Shown here one piece after another: positions 1 through 11,267 of a DNA stretch of 64,000 nt (position 1 is its first letter; every line of letters starts with the position of its first letter). A model generated the notes under the pieces. The model made no database searches, was not told the DNA's origin, and worked only from the letters and a program-made list of their open reading frames with translations. Position numbers and translations under genes: made by a program. The DNA is from Dictyostelium discoideum (lineage: Eukaryota), in the NCBI GenBank assembly GCA_000004695.1, contig CM000153.2:4256001-4320000 (forward strand). Reading direction: 5' to 3'.

Positions 1-119
1 TTGCAGTCATCAGTACATTCTTTTTTAATACCTGGGAACTTTTCGAGGTCCCCAGTTAAATCTTCATGTAATCCCCTGTTAAAATCAAACTTCTTTGAGC
101 ATTCTTGGTGTTCACACAT
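1..119 (-). CDS. 5' end of an unidentified protein-coding gene running off the window start (partial)
   Basis: Minus-strand ATG at 119..117 opens a frame reading MCEHQECSKKFDFNRGLHEDLTGDLEKFPGIKKECTDDC... with no stop before position 1. Local GC content is clearly above the AT-rich intergenic flank at 120-395. It is absent from the ORF track because there is no stop codon inside the window. Confidence 0.3.
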   Translation of the reverse strand, partial: MCEHQECSKKFDFNRGLHEDLTGDLEKFPGIKKECTDDC

Positions 120-395
120 TAAAATTTTTTTTAAAATGATTTTAAATACTAAAAACAGAGCACTCCAAAATGATATAAAATTAAATAAAATTTATTATTT
201 TTGTTTTTTTTAACTTGAAAATGTTTTTACCAAAACAATTCGTTAGGTTTTTTTTTTTTTTGAAAAGATAGGAAATGTGAATATGTTTTTTAATTTTTAA
301 TTTTAATTTATTTGTTATTTTTTTTGGAGTACAATTTTTTTATTTTTTTATTTTTTTTTTTTATTTTCTTTTTTTTTTAGATTATAAAAATATTT

Positions 396-2939
396 TTATA
401 ATTCATTTTTAATACTTGCTAATTCATCTAAACCTAAACAAATATTCATATTTTGAAGTGCTTGAGTTGCAGCACCTTTTAATAAATTATCTAAAGTGGT
501 TACGACAACTAAATGATTACCATTGACAGCAAAACCACCAATTGTAACAGTATGTTTACCACTATTTGATTTAACCTCTGGAATACCATCTTTATCGATT
601 TTAATTAACGGTTCATTTTGATAGAATTTTTGATAACGTTCGACCACTTGTTCTTTGGTCATTGGATATTTGAGTTCCATTGAGATTGTAAGGGTAATAC
701 CTTGAAAGAATTGACCAACATGTGGCATGAAATAGATTGGACTACCCAATTGATGACTAACCTCAAGTTCATGAGTATGTTGAACCAATTTGTAAGGTAA
801 GATATTATCACTTAGACGTGTTGGATCATTCTTTTCAGATGGTTTACTACCAGCACCGGAATAACCTGAAATACCAAAACAAGATGGTGGTGTTACTAAA
901 TCATTGACAAATGGCTTCAATGTTAAAAACATACCAGTTGCATAACAACCTGGATTGGCGATTAATTTGGATTCTTTAATTGCTGCACGATTGGTTTCTG
1001 GTTGACCATAGGTCCATTTTTCATTGAATCTATGATCGGAACTAAGATCTACCAACACTGGTGATTCACTTGAATTCTCCAAGGTTTGAATGTATGGTGA
1101 GGAAATTTTATCTGGTAAAGCCATGAACCAACCATCAATACCATGATCACGTGTGAAAATATCGATATTTTCTGGTTTAACATTATCGAATTTCAAATTT
1201 GATTTAAGTTGAGGGAATTCAGTTGTGATTGGTTTACCGAAATTGGTGGATGATGAAGCAATGGCCAACTCTAAATTTGGATGACCATCAATTAATCTAA
1301 CTAAATTACCACCAGTGAAACCTCTTGCACCAATTAAACCAACTCTAAATTTATGATTCTTATCTTGAAGTAATTTCTCTGATGCAGATTTTGATGAAGC
1401 AGCTTTGGTAATACCAGATAAATAGGTTGAACTTTGTGAAAGACATTCTTTAATTGAGTTTTCAATTTTGTTTGTATCAATATTTGTCCAAAATATATTA
1501 TTAGTGGCTCCAGTAATGAAACCTGTTGCAATCTTTTTAAACCATTCATTGTTGAGTTGATTATTTGATGATTCTTTCCAAATGTATGAAGAATTTTCAA
1601 ACATTTTTTTGAAAACACTTTCAGAATCTTCAGTGGATTGAATCGAATTATTAAAGAAAAAGAATTGATCAACATAGGAAACTGAAGAACCCGATGATAA
1701 TGGTCTAACTAAAATACCGGCAGTATAATGACTATTTACAAATGCTTTAACTACACCTTTGGAAAGATCGGTTTTCAATTGTTGATAATCGATTCTACCA
1801 CCTTTGGTACCAGTTGATTTTTCAATGAGAGCAAAGAATTTTGTTTCATCAAATGATGGTGATTCATGTGAATGCATAACTTCACCTCTTTCAACAGTGG
1901 TACCACTACCATCCTTTGCAAATAGCTCCTTCATTAATAAATCTGGACTTGTGATAGTGATCGAAGTTGATGGTGGTAATACATCAAGACAACTCTTAAA
2001 TTCCTTTAACTTTAATTTAGTTCCATGTTTAACCCATGGTTGTTTCATCAAGTCGGCATATTGTTCATCGAGTTTAATATGTTGCATAACTTTACCATCA
2101 CCATCTTTCATACCGGCTGTTGTATTAATGAATAGGATCTTCAATGGGTTAATGGATTTGGCCAATTCTAAAGCGGCTACATCTGCATTGATATTTAAAA
2201 CTTGACCCTCTGGTGTCATGGCTAAGGAACTAATCACTGGTACGTAGTCATTGGTGATACAAGATGCCAATGCGTCGGTATGAATCTTTGTTACATTACC
2301 AACGAAACCATATAATTTTGGATCCAACGGTGTGGCTTGGTAAACTCCTTGTGTTACTGGTCTTGCTTTGGTACCACTACTCTCCAATGCTTCAACAATC
2401 TTTAAATTCTCTCTTAAGAAAACACGTTGTGCAATTGCCAATACTGATGGTGGAGTAACACGTAAACCTTCTACATACTCTGCTGGTTCGCCTGCTGCTG
2501 CCAATTCTGCATTCAATTGTGGACCACCACCATGAACTACAATTGGAAATAATCCAATCTTTTTCAAGAAATTTAATGATCCTATTAATGAACTAATGTC
2601 CGATTCAATTACACCACCTCCGATCTTTACTAAAACGATTTGTTTTTGATCTTTAATCTTTACACTCTTTGAATAATCAACTGCTGTAGTATTGGTGCTT
2701 CCTGACTTTGATGTATTAAAATTAATAGTTGCAGATGATGAACTAACTTTGGTAACTGATGGTTTCTTACTAACAAATTCTTCAATCTTTTTAATTTGAC
2801 TATAAATTCCATTACCACTAGTAATTGATGTTGATGATGATGAATAATTAACAACTCTTTGATTGTTATTTTTACATTTTAATAATGTTGATTCATTTTT
2901 AATTACACTTTTAATTAATTTATTGGAATTTCTTAACAT
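396..2939 (-). CDS. Bifunctional acetylglutamate kinase / N-acetyl-gamma-glutamyl-phosphate reductase (fungal ARG5,6-type arginine biosynthesis precursor), likely mitochondrial
   Basis: Single 847-aa ORF. The N-terminal part carries an amino-acid-kinase fold with the IVVHGGGPQ and GxVG motifs of N-acetylglutamate kinase. The C-terminal part has the AGPR signatures GARGFTGGNLVRLI (NAD-binding) and the catalytic NPGCYATG cysteine motif. The N-terminus MLRNSNKLIKS looks like a basic mitochondrial presequence. Kinase-then-reductase order matches ARG5,6. Confidence 0.9.
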   Translation of the reverse strand: MLRNSNKLIKSVIKNESTLLKCKNNNQRVVNYSSSSTSITSGNGIYSQIKKIEEFVSKKPSVTKVSSSSATINFNTSKSGSTNTTAVDYSKSVKIKDQKQIVLVKIGGGVIESDISSLIGSLNFLKKIGLFPIVVHGGGPQLNAELAAAGEPAEYVEGLRVTPPSVLAIAQRVFLRENLKIVEALESSGTKARPVTQGVYQATPLDPKLYGFVGNVTKIHTDALASCITNDYVPVISSLAMTPEGQVLNINADVAALELAKSINPLKILFINTTAGMKDGDGKVMQHIKLDEQYADLMKQPWVKHGTKLKLKEFKSCLDVLPPSTSITITSPDLLMKELFAKDGSGTTVERGEVMHSHESPSFDETKFFALIEKSTGTKGGRIDYQQLKTDLSKGVVKAFVNSHYTAGILVRPLSSGSSVSYVDQFFFFNNSIQSTEDSESVFKKMFENSSYIWKESSNNQLNNEWFKKIATGFITGATNNIFWTNIDTNKIENSIKECLSQSSTYLSGITKAASSKSASEKLLQDKNHKFRVGLIGARGFTGGNLVRLIDGHPNLELAIASSSTNFGKPITTEFPQLKSNLKFDNVKPENIDIFTRDHGIDGWFMALPDKISSPYIQTLENSSESPVLVDLSSDHRFNEKWTYGQPETNRAAIKESKLIANPGCYATGMFLTLKPFVNDLVTPPSCFGISGYSGAGSKPSEKNDPTRLSDNILPYKLVQHTHELEVSHQLGSPIYFMPHVGQFFQGITLTISMELKYPMTKEQVVERYQKFYQNEPLIKIDKDGIPEVKSNSGKHTVTIGGFAVNGNHLVVVTTLDNLLKGAATQALQNMNICLGLDELASIKNEL

Positions 2940-3429
2940 AACTATTTTATAATTGTTGAGATTTTTTTTTTTTTTTTTATTATTTAAAAATATAGGGAAT
3001 GAAAATATATATTTTAATTTTAATTATTTATTTTTTTTTTTTTGTGTGTGAAAAATTTTAGAATGTAGTGTTGTTCACTTAATTGGTCTTTTTATACTTT
3101 TTGTTTTTTTTTTTTTTTCAATTTTTTTTTTTTTTTTTTTTTTAATTTTATTTTTTTTTTTTTTATTTTTAAAAATAAAAAAATAAAAAAAAAATAAAAA
3201 ATTAAAAAAAAAATCTGGACCAAAAAAGTAAAAATAAAAACAACATTGTGGCATTCAAGAAAATAAGAAAAATGAGATAATTTCAAATAAAAATATTTTA
3301 AATTAGTATATTCATTTCATTTTTTAATATTATTATTATTTTATTTATATATTTAGAAATATCATAGATATTTAATTGTAATTAATTTTCAAATATAAGG
3401 AGAAATTTATTCAATAAAATAAGAATCAT

Positions 3430-3467
<38 letters not shown>

Positions 3468-3749
3468 CAAATCATATGACCTCACCATTTTTAGAGATTT
3501 TAAAAAAAAAAGAAAAAAAAAAAGGAAAAAAAAAGTTGTCAAAAAAAAAAAAATAAAAAAAATAAAATAAAATTAAAAATTAAATTAAATTTAAAAATTT
3601 TTTTTTTTAATTTTTTTTTTTTTTTTTAAATAAGTGTGTGGAAAATTCTTTTTTTCGTTTTTTGTATTATAAATATTTATTAATTTTATTCTATTGCAAT
3701 AACAGCATTAATTCATTTCTGTCTAATTAAAGAAACTCCATATAAAAAA

Positions 3750-3789
<40 letters not shown>

Positions 3790-3862
3790 TTTTTCAAAAA
3801 TAAAAATACACATACATAAATAAAAAATATATTAGTAATATAAAAAAAAAAAAAAAAAAAAA

Positions 3863-4514
3863 ATGACAGTAGAAGTTAGTTTAGATGTAAATAATTTACA
3901 AGCAATTGATCAAGCTTCATCAAAAAGAACATATAAACCAAATACACAATCTCCAAGAAAAATTATTTTATTTGATGGTATGTTAACAATTACTTTTTTT
4001 TTTTTTTTTTTTTTTCCACTATTTTTTATAATTTTCAAAACTAATTTCAAAATTATAAAATTATAAATAAATAATTAATTAATAAAATAAAGGTATTTGT
4101 AATGTTTGTGATGGATTTATACAATTTGTTCACCCAAGAGATACAAATAATTTATTTTCATTTCAAGCACTTCAATCAGAGAAAGGAAGAGAAATATTAC
4201 AATATTATGGTATTAAATGTGATGTGTCTACAGTGGTTTTAATTGATGAATCTATTGATAGAGTTTATGTAAAATCATCAGCAATCTTAACAGTTTGTTA
4301 TCATTTAAATGCACCATTTTCTTATTTATATTCATTCACCTATGTACCAACATTTGTTAGAGATATTTGTTATGATGTTTTTGGGAAATATAGATATTTA
4401 ATTATGGGAAAGAAAGATACTTGTATGTTTAGTATCACTTTAAGAGATAAATTCATTGACTTTAAAAGTCCATTAATATTGGATGAAGAACAAAGTGAAG
4501 AAAAGGAATTGTAA
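3863..4514 (+). CDS. DCC1-like thiol-disulfide oxidoreductase family protein (DUF393); exons 3863..3977 and 4093..4514
   Basis: Exon 1 ends ...ILFDG with a GTATGT donor at 3978. AG acceptor at 4091-4092; exon 2 continues ICNVCDGFIQFV.... The split Gly codon is G|GT. The FDGxCxxC motif is the hallmark of the DCC family. The frame runs open to TAA at 4512-4514. The track ORF 4224..4514 uses an internal GTG and is the 3' part of exon 2. Confidence 0.6.
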
Positions 4515-4841
4515 AAAAGTTTTTTGTGTAAAAATAAAAATAGAAAAATAAAAATAGAAAAAAATAAAAAATAAAAAATAAATAAACAAAACAATAATAA
4601 AAAAAAAAAAAATTAAAATTTAAATAAAAAATTGTTAGTTCTGTTTTTTTTTTTTTTTTTTACCCATTTAATTTCAAATTTTTTTTTTTGTTTTTTTTTT
4701 TATTATTTTTTTTTTTTTTTTTTATTCCAGACAATTGTTTTTTGTTTTGTTTTATTTTATTTTGTTTTGTTTTTTTTTTTTTTTTTTTCTTTTTAATTAT
4801 ATAAATAATAGAATTGAAAAAAAAAAAAAAAAAAAAAAAAA

Positions 4842-6107
4842 ATGGATATTGATAGTATTTCAAAATTAAAAGTTGCAGATTTAAAAAAAGAACTTGAAAA
4901 TAGATCAATTAAAACCAATGGAATGCTAAAGGCAGATTTGATTGATAAATTGAAAGAGGTTTTATTTAAAGAACAGCAATCACAAGAAATAAAATCTAAT
5001 ACAAATATAGAAAATCAATTAAACACAGATAAAGAAAAAGTCAATAGAGTCGATAAAGAAACCATTGGATCATTGGAAAGGGGAAAAGAAGAAAAAGAAA
5101 CATTAGAAAAAGAAGAAAAGGAAAGATCAGAAAAAGAAGAAAAAGAAAAATTAGAAAAAGAAAAATTAGAAAAAGAAAGATTAGAAAAAGAAAAGATAGA
5201 AAAAGAAAAGATAGAAAAAGAAAAGATAGAAAAAGAAAACCAGGAAAAACAAAAAAGAGAGGATAAAGAGATGGTAGAAAAAAAAGAAAACGAAGATTTA
5301 AATAAAAAAAGAAAAACTGAAAATGAAGTCAAGGATAGCAGCAGCAGCAATGAAAATATACAAACAAAAAAGAAAAGGATAGAGAATGAAAGTGATAATA
5401 AAATTAAAAATGAAAATACAAAACATGATGATACTATAATACCACCTCAATCATCATCTCTAAACAGTAGTAGTGGTAGTGGTAGTAGTGGTAGTAGTAG
5501 TAGTAATAATAGTAGTGATACAATTCTAATTAGTAAATTAGTTAGACCTTTTAGGGTGGACATGATCGAGACATTGATGAATGAATATGGAAGTGTTAAA
5601 AACTATTGGATGAACAGTGTGAAATCATTTTGTTTCGTTACTTACTCCACATCAGAGGAGGCGATAAAAGCAAGAAATTCTTTAAATGGATTGGTTTGGC
5701 CTCCTTTAAACAGATCAAAACTTATTGTTGAATTCTCCTCTGAATCTGAATCAAACAAAGCAAAGAATAGAGAGTTAGGAATATTATCTCAATCATTATC
5801 ATCATCCTCTTCTTCTTCTTCATCTTCTTCAAAACCAACATCAACATCAACACCAGTAAATACAACAACCACCCTTTCAAATTTATCGAAACAAACCAAA
5901 TTAAATAAAAATGATAATAATAATAATAATAACAATAATAAAAATATTGAAAATAAAAGTAATAAAAAAAATATTGATGAAAATTTTCGAAAAACAAAAA
6001 CCAATCCTCCAATTTATTGGTGTCCTTTAACTGATCAAGAGGTCGAAGAAAAGAGAATTTATATGAATAAAAGAAGATCTATGAATTTTAATCGCCCAAG
6101 ATATTAA
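4842..6107 (+). CDS. SAP-domain nuclear protein with Glu/Lys repeat block and C-terminal RRM-like/RSB-like region (Acinus/SARNP-like)
   Basis: 421-aa ORF. The N-terminus LKVADLKKELENRSIKTNGMLKADLIDKL fits the SAP motif. A long EKEKLEKEK repeat follows. The C-terminal block ...FCFVTYSTSEEAIKARNSLNGLVWPP resembles a degenerate RRM. Confidence 0.6.
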   Translation: MDIDSISKLKVADLKKELENRSIKTNGMLKADLIDKLKEVLFKEQQSQEIKSNTNIENQLNTDKEKVNRVDKETIGSLERGKEEKETLEKEEKERSEKEEKEKLEKEKLEKERLEKEKIEKEKIEKEKIEKENQEKQKREDKEMVEKKENEDLNKKRKTENEVKDSSSSNENIQTKKKRIENESDNKIKNENTKHDDTIIPPQSSSLNSSSGSGSSGSSSSNNSSDTILISKLVRPFRVDMIETLMNEYGSVKNYWMNSVKSFCFVTYSTSEEAIKARNSLNGLVWPPLNRSKLIVEFSSESESNKAKNRELGILSQSLSSSSSSSSSSSKPTSTSTPVNTTTTLSNLSKQTKLNKNDNNNNNNNNKNIENKSNKKNIDENFRKTKTNPPIYWCPLTDQEVEEKRIYMNKRRSMNFNRPRY

Positions 6108-6111
6108 TCTC

Positions 6112-6150
<39 letters not shown>

Positions 6151-6350
6151 CTAATATTAATTATTAAAAATCAATAAACAATTGTAAATAAAAAAAAATA
6201 AAAATTAAAAAAAAATAAAAAGATAAATAACAACAAGATTAAAAACAGTTGGCTGTCCAAAATTAAAAAAATCAAAAAAAAAAAAATTTTGGATATTTTT
6301 TTTTTTTTTTTTTATTATTTTCACACACACAAAAAAAAAATAGTTTAAAA

Positions 6351-8126
6351 ATGTTTGAAATTAATAACAATAATAATAGCAATATTAAAATAATTAAAAG
6401 TAATATAATTTTTAAAAAGATATTAGAATATTGTTGGGAACAAGATGATTTAAAGAAATTATTCCATTGGAGTAATCATACAAAACTTGAAGATCCTTCA
6501 TTTGGAGATTTAATTAAACATACTCAAATTAGAGAGGCAACAAAATGGAAATTAAGTTTAATGAGAGTATCATATCAATTTTTAACAATAATTTTATCAA
6601 ATTTTGAGTTTAATCTTTCAAATTCAAAGTTTTTTCAACTTTTAGCTGAAAAAGAGAATCAACAATCACTTGATTCACATTCTGAAAATAAATTTGAAAC
6701 AACAAATACTTCAAAAACAGATAAAAATAATTTAGATGAATTATTTAAAAAACAAAAATTTTATTCAATGGAAGATGATATGATTAATATTATTGATAGT
6801 TATGAAAGTTTTGGAGATCAATGGTTTATTGAAACATTTGGAAATTTAAGTCAATGTTTTTTATATCTAAATGAAGAATCATTATTTAATAAAAACTTTT
6901 TTAAAGTAATTTCAATGATTGGTTCAACTAGAAATAATAATAATAATAATTTAGATGATGATGATAATGATGATGATAATTGTTCAATTACTTTAATTTT
7001 TCAATATTCATTTGAAAATCGTAAAAGTATTGATTTTAATGTTACAAAATTATTATTTTATTATGAACATGAAATTATGAATCGAGATAAAAAGAAATTA
7101 ACATCAAATATTAAAACATTAATATTTGAATTTATGTCATCGATGTATATCAATCCATATATGGTATATTCTCAAAAATTATTTTATGAATGTGGCTTAG
7201 AAAATTCAGTTAAAAGTATTTATGCATTTAATCAACCTCATTTAACATTTTTACCATACTTTTTCAGAGATTGTAAACAAATAGAATTAATGAGTCTTCA
7301 TACTGATTATCAAAATACTTACGGTAGAGCAATTAATAATGTATCACAATTTTCAAATAAACTTCAAGAAATGTCATTATCAATACTTGATGATAATTTA
7401 ATAGATGAATATGTACCGAATATCGGTTATTATTTCTCACCAATTGAAAATCCACCACCAAAACATTTCACTTTAAATATCATATTAAAAGATGATCAAA
7501 TGTGTAATGACATATTTGGTAGTGGTGGTTTCAATGATAAAAATAATAATTCAGTATTAGAATCATTATCAATTTCAATTGATAAATTGAATTTAAAATT
7601 TTTTAAACCAATAGAGAATAATAATAATAATAATAATAAATTATTTCCAAATTTAATTAATAAATTTTCAATTAGATTTTATTTTAGTTATATGTCAACA
7701 CCATTGGATGATATTAATTATTTTTCAAAATTTTTCTCAAGTAATGATTTTCAAAATGTTAAATATTTTAATTTTACAATTTTAATTGATTTTAAAAAAA
7801 CTCAAACTATCAATATAAATACCCTTTCTGATGAAGATCAATTATTAGAAATTTTGTTTGAAAAAGGTTTAAAATATTCAAGTTTACAATTCATTTCTAT
7901 TGATTTTAAATATGATTATATTGTTGGTGGTAAATGTTTATCTTTTAATTTATTATCAAAATTATTAAACTCAATTTCTTCAAATAAAAATATAAAAGGT
8001 ATTTTATTTGCTGGTTTAGATATATCCATTACAAATCTTCCTGATCAATTACTTAATTTTTCACTTTATCCTTTTTCTTTAAATGAAAATGAAAATAAAA
8101 AATCAATTTACTATTTTATTCAATAA
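6351..8126 (+). CDS. Hypothetical Asn-rich protein (591 aa), no recognisable domain
   Basis: Long uninterrupted ORF with normal coding composition and several poly-N runs typical of Dictyostelium proteins. Confidence 0.5.
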   Translation: MFEINNNNNSNIKIIKSNIIFKKILEYCWEQDDLKKLFHWSNHTKLEDPSFGDLIKHTQIREATKWKLSLMRVSYQFLTIILSNFEFNLSNSKFFQLLAEKENQQSLDSHSENKFETTNTSKTDKNNLDELFKKQKFYSMEDDMINIIDSYESFGDQWFIETFGNLSQCFLYLNEESLFNKNFFKVISMIGSTRNNNNNNLDDDDNDDDNCSITLIFQYSFENRKSIDFNVTKLLFYYEHEIMNRDKKKLTSNIKTLIFEFMSSMYINPYMVYSQKLFYECGLENSVKSIYAFNQPHLTFLPYFFRDCKQIELMSLHTDYQNTYGRAINNVSQFSNKLQEMSLSILDDNLIDEYVPNIGYYFSPIENPPPKHFTLNIILKDDQMCNDIFGSGGFNDKNNNSVLESLSISIDKLNLKFFKPIENNNNNNNKLFPNLINKFSIRFYFSYMSTPLDDINYFSKFFSSNDFQNVKYFNFTILIDFKKTQTININTLSDEDQLLEILFEKGLKYSSLQFISIDFKYDYIVGGKCLSFNLLSKLLNSISSNKNIKGILFAGLDISITNLPDQLLNFSLYPFSLNENENKKSIYYFIQ

Positions 8127-8280
8127 ATAAATTAATAAATAAAAAAAATAAAAAAATAAAAAAATAAAAAAATAAAAAATAAATAATAATATAGAAATAA
8201 TTGTTTTTTTTTACTAGTAAATTGCCACCACAGAACTTTTTTTTTTTCTTTTTTAAACATTCAAAAAAAAGAAAAAAAAA

Positions 8281-8441
8281 AAATTTCTTTGGGGCACAAA
8301 AAAAAAAAAAAAAAAAAAAATTTTCATAGCCACCCATCCCATATTAGAACCCCATCAAGACTTTGATTTCGTGGTATACTGCTAATTTCAAAAAAAAAAA
8401 AAAAAAGGAAAAAAAAAAAAATTTCTTTGGGGCACAAAAAA
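8281..8441. promoter_or_regulatory. Promoter-region direct repeat: the 23-bp motif aaatttctttggggcacaaaaaa at 8281..8303 and again at 8419..8441. It flanks a GC-rich island, and a 16-bp perfect palindrome tagaccctagggtcta sits downstream at 8526..8541
   Basis: Both motif copies and the palindrome were read directly. The region lies between the 6351..8126 gene stop and the 8645 ATG of paralog A. Confidence 0.4.
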
Positions 8442-8644
8442 GGAGAAGCAAAAAAAAATTTCCTAGCTTTTAAAGACAGCAATTTTTTTTTTTATTTTTA
8501 TTTTTACTTTTTTTTTTTTTTTTCTTAGACCCTAGGGTCTAGTGTTTTATTTTTAATTTTTTTATTTTTAAAATAATTTTTTTTTTTTCTTTTTTAAACA
8601 TTTTATTCATTTCTATAATCGATCACATAAAAAAAAAAAAAAAA

Positions 8645-9378
8645 ATGAGAAAGTTTTCAATTATTTCATTATTAGTTTTCATGGCAGTATTTGCCTTGAT
8701 TACAGTATCTTATTCAAGTAAGTATTTTTTTTTTTTCTTAAAAAAAAATAAATAAATAAAAACAAAACAAAAATAATTAATAAAAAAAAAAATTTATTTA
8801 TAGAATCTTGGTCTCATATTAACTCTTTGGCTGAATATACTGATGGTTCATCAGAGTGGGTAGCCTTTTTAAATTGGTATCCTCTTAAAGTTGTAGACTC
8901 ATTAAATGGGGTAACTGTAAAATATACTGATTTTGAATCAAAGAATCTTTCTGGAAATATTGATTTAAAGAATTTTATTCAACTTTGTAATGCCTCATTA
9001 GCTTTTGCAATTTTGGCATGGATTGGATCGCTTGCAATGATTGTATTATCTATAGCCGACATAATTGAAATCAAACTCCCACCAATTGGTAAATTTTTAG
9101 GTTGGATTGTATTCTTGTTTAGTTTGCTATCCTTCCTAATTTATTTAGGTACTCCTGCAGCAAAGAGAAAAGATTGTGATAACAATTTTGATAATTGTGA
9201 AAGTCTCTATTTCTACCAAAAAAAATTCATCGGTACATTTACCGGTTATGTAGATGAAAGGGTTGTAGAATTTAAATATGGACCATCAGCCGGTTGGAAT
9301 TGTATAGTCATTGCTTGTGCAGTTTCTTTATTAGGTTCTGTATTTAACCTCTTCTTTTTCAATCATCAAAATGTATAA
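8645..9378 (+). CDS. Small secreted/multi-pass membrane protein (signal peptide + about 3 TM), paralog A; exons 8645..8717 and 8804..9378
   Basis: Exon 1 is MRKFSIISLLVFMAVFALITVSYS plus 1 nt, with a GTAAGT donor at 8718. TTTATAG acceptor; exon 2 starts at 8804 with a phase-1 AAA Lys. Hydrophobic helices are ASLAFAILAWIGSLAMIVLSI, FLGWIVFLFSLLSFLIYLG and WNCIVIACAVSLLGSVF. It is a near-copy of the next gene. Confidence 0.65.
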
Positions 9379-9698
9379 ACTTAATTAATTAAAATAATAA
9401 ATAAATAAATAAATAAAAAAAAAAAAAAAAAAAAAACAAAATTTTATAAAGTAAAATAAATTTTAAAGCAAATTGTTTATTTTGTTTTTATTTAATGTTT
9501 ATTTAATATTTATTTAATGATTCCCAAAATTTTATGAAGTTTGATACTGTATGTTAGACAATTTTAATTTTGAATAAAGCAAAAAAAAAAAAAAAAAAAA
9601 ATTAAAAATTGAAAATTATAAGTAGAAAATGAAAATAAAAAATTATAAATAGAAAATTGAAAAAATAGAAAAAAGATTATTTTATTTATTTTTTATTG

Positions 9699-9736
<38 letters not shown>

Positions 9737-9900
9737 TGTCCAAGAAAAAAAAGGATTTTTTGACACATTAAATTACAAGACTTTTTTTTTTTCATGATTT
9801 TTTTTTTTTTTTTTTGTTTAATTTTTTTGATTTTTTTTTTTTTTTTTAAAATCATTTTATTCTTAAAAAAAAAAAAAAAAAAAATCAAGTTAAAATAAAA

Positions 9901-10640
9901 ATGAGAAAATATTCAATTATTTCTTTATTAGTTTTCATGGCAGTATTTGCTTTGATAACTGTATCTTATGTAAGTAAGTATTTATTTAATAGTTGAAAAA
10001 ATAAAAAAATAAAAAAATAAAATTAATTAAAAAAAAAAATAAAAAAAAAAAAATAAATCAAAATTTAATTTTAGAACCTTGGTCTTATATAAATGAATTG
10101 AGTACCAATGATCCGCTTAAGTGGTATCCATATGTTGAATGGTACCCTCTTAAAGCTACATTTTTTGGTGGAATGACTGTAAAATATACAAATTTTGATT
10201 CACAAGCCAACTTAAAGTATTTTATTCAACTTTGTAATGCTTCATTAGCATTTGCAATTTTGGCATGGATTGGATCTATTGTAATGATTATAATATCAAT
10301 AGCTGACATAATGGAAAAAAAAATCCCAGAAATTTGTAAATTTTTAGGTTGGATTGTATTCTTGTTTAGTTTGTTATCCTTTTCAATTTATTTAGGTACT
10401 CCTTCAGCAAAGATAAAGGATTGTAGAATGAGTTTTTTGGGTTCAAAAGATTGTGATACACTTCCTATTTACCAACAAAGATTAATTGGTACATATATCG
10501 ATTACAATCGCCAATATGAAAGGGAAGTAGAATATAAATTTGGATTATCAGCTGGTTTGATTTCTATTGTCATCGCTTGTGCAGTTTCTTTATTTGGTTC
10601 CATATATAACCTCTTCTTTTTCAACCATCAAAATGTATAA
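9901..10640 (+). CDS. Small secreted/multi-pass membrane protein, paralog B (tandem duplicate of 8645..9378); exons 9901..9973 and 10075..10640
   Basis: Same architecture as paralog A: 73-nt exon 1 (MRKYSIISLLVFMAVFALITVSYV), a GTAAGT donor and a phase-1 intron. Exon 2 conserves the blocks FIQLCNASLAFAILAWIGS, KFLGWIVFLFSLLSF, IVIACAVSL and the ending NLFFFNHQNV. Confidence 0.65.
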
Positions 10641-11182
10641 AATAAATAAATAAATAAAAAAAAATAATAAAATAAAAAAAAAGTGATTTGTTAAGTGAAA
10701 TAACTTTTAATACCAATTTGTTAACAAATTAATGATTATTAATATAATTCGAATAAAAATTAATAAATATTAAACAAGTAATAATAAAAAAAAAAAAAAA
10801 AAATTGATAATTAAATAAAAAGAGATTTATGGTGTGAATTATCTTTTTATAAATAGGTATTTAATAATATCTATTCAAAATTTTTTAAAAATTATTTATT
10901 TAAGTTTATCTTAGATATAATGGTGTGTAATTACTTGTGTGTTCAATACCAAAAAAAAAAAAAAAAAAAAAAAAAATCAAGTTATCTCTGAGATACTAAT
11001 TCTAATTAAATTGCCAATTTTTTTTTTTTATCAAAACAAATAAAAAAAAAAATAAAAATAATTAAAAAAAAAAAAAAAAAAAAACAATCGATAAGATTTA
11101 AACAAACACTGAAAAAGATATTATTAATAAACTTGAACAATAAATTTATTGTGAAAGATATATGTTAATTTGGTTATTTATT

Positions 11183-11224
<42 letters not shown>

Positions 11225-11267
11225 ATTTATATAAAAATTGGAAATTAAATTATTTTGAAATTATTTT

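Noticed and set aside
1334-2854. ORFs 1334..1675(-), 1804..2205(+), 2264..2458(+), 2660..2854(-)
   Set aside because: Embedded in or antisense to the well-supported ARG5,6 CDS. No independent signals.
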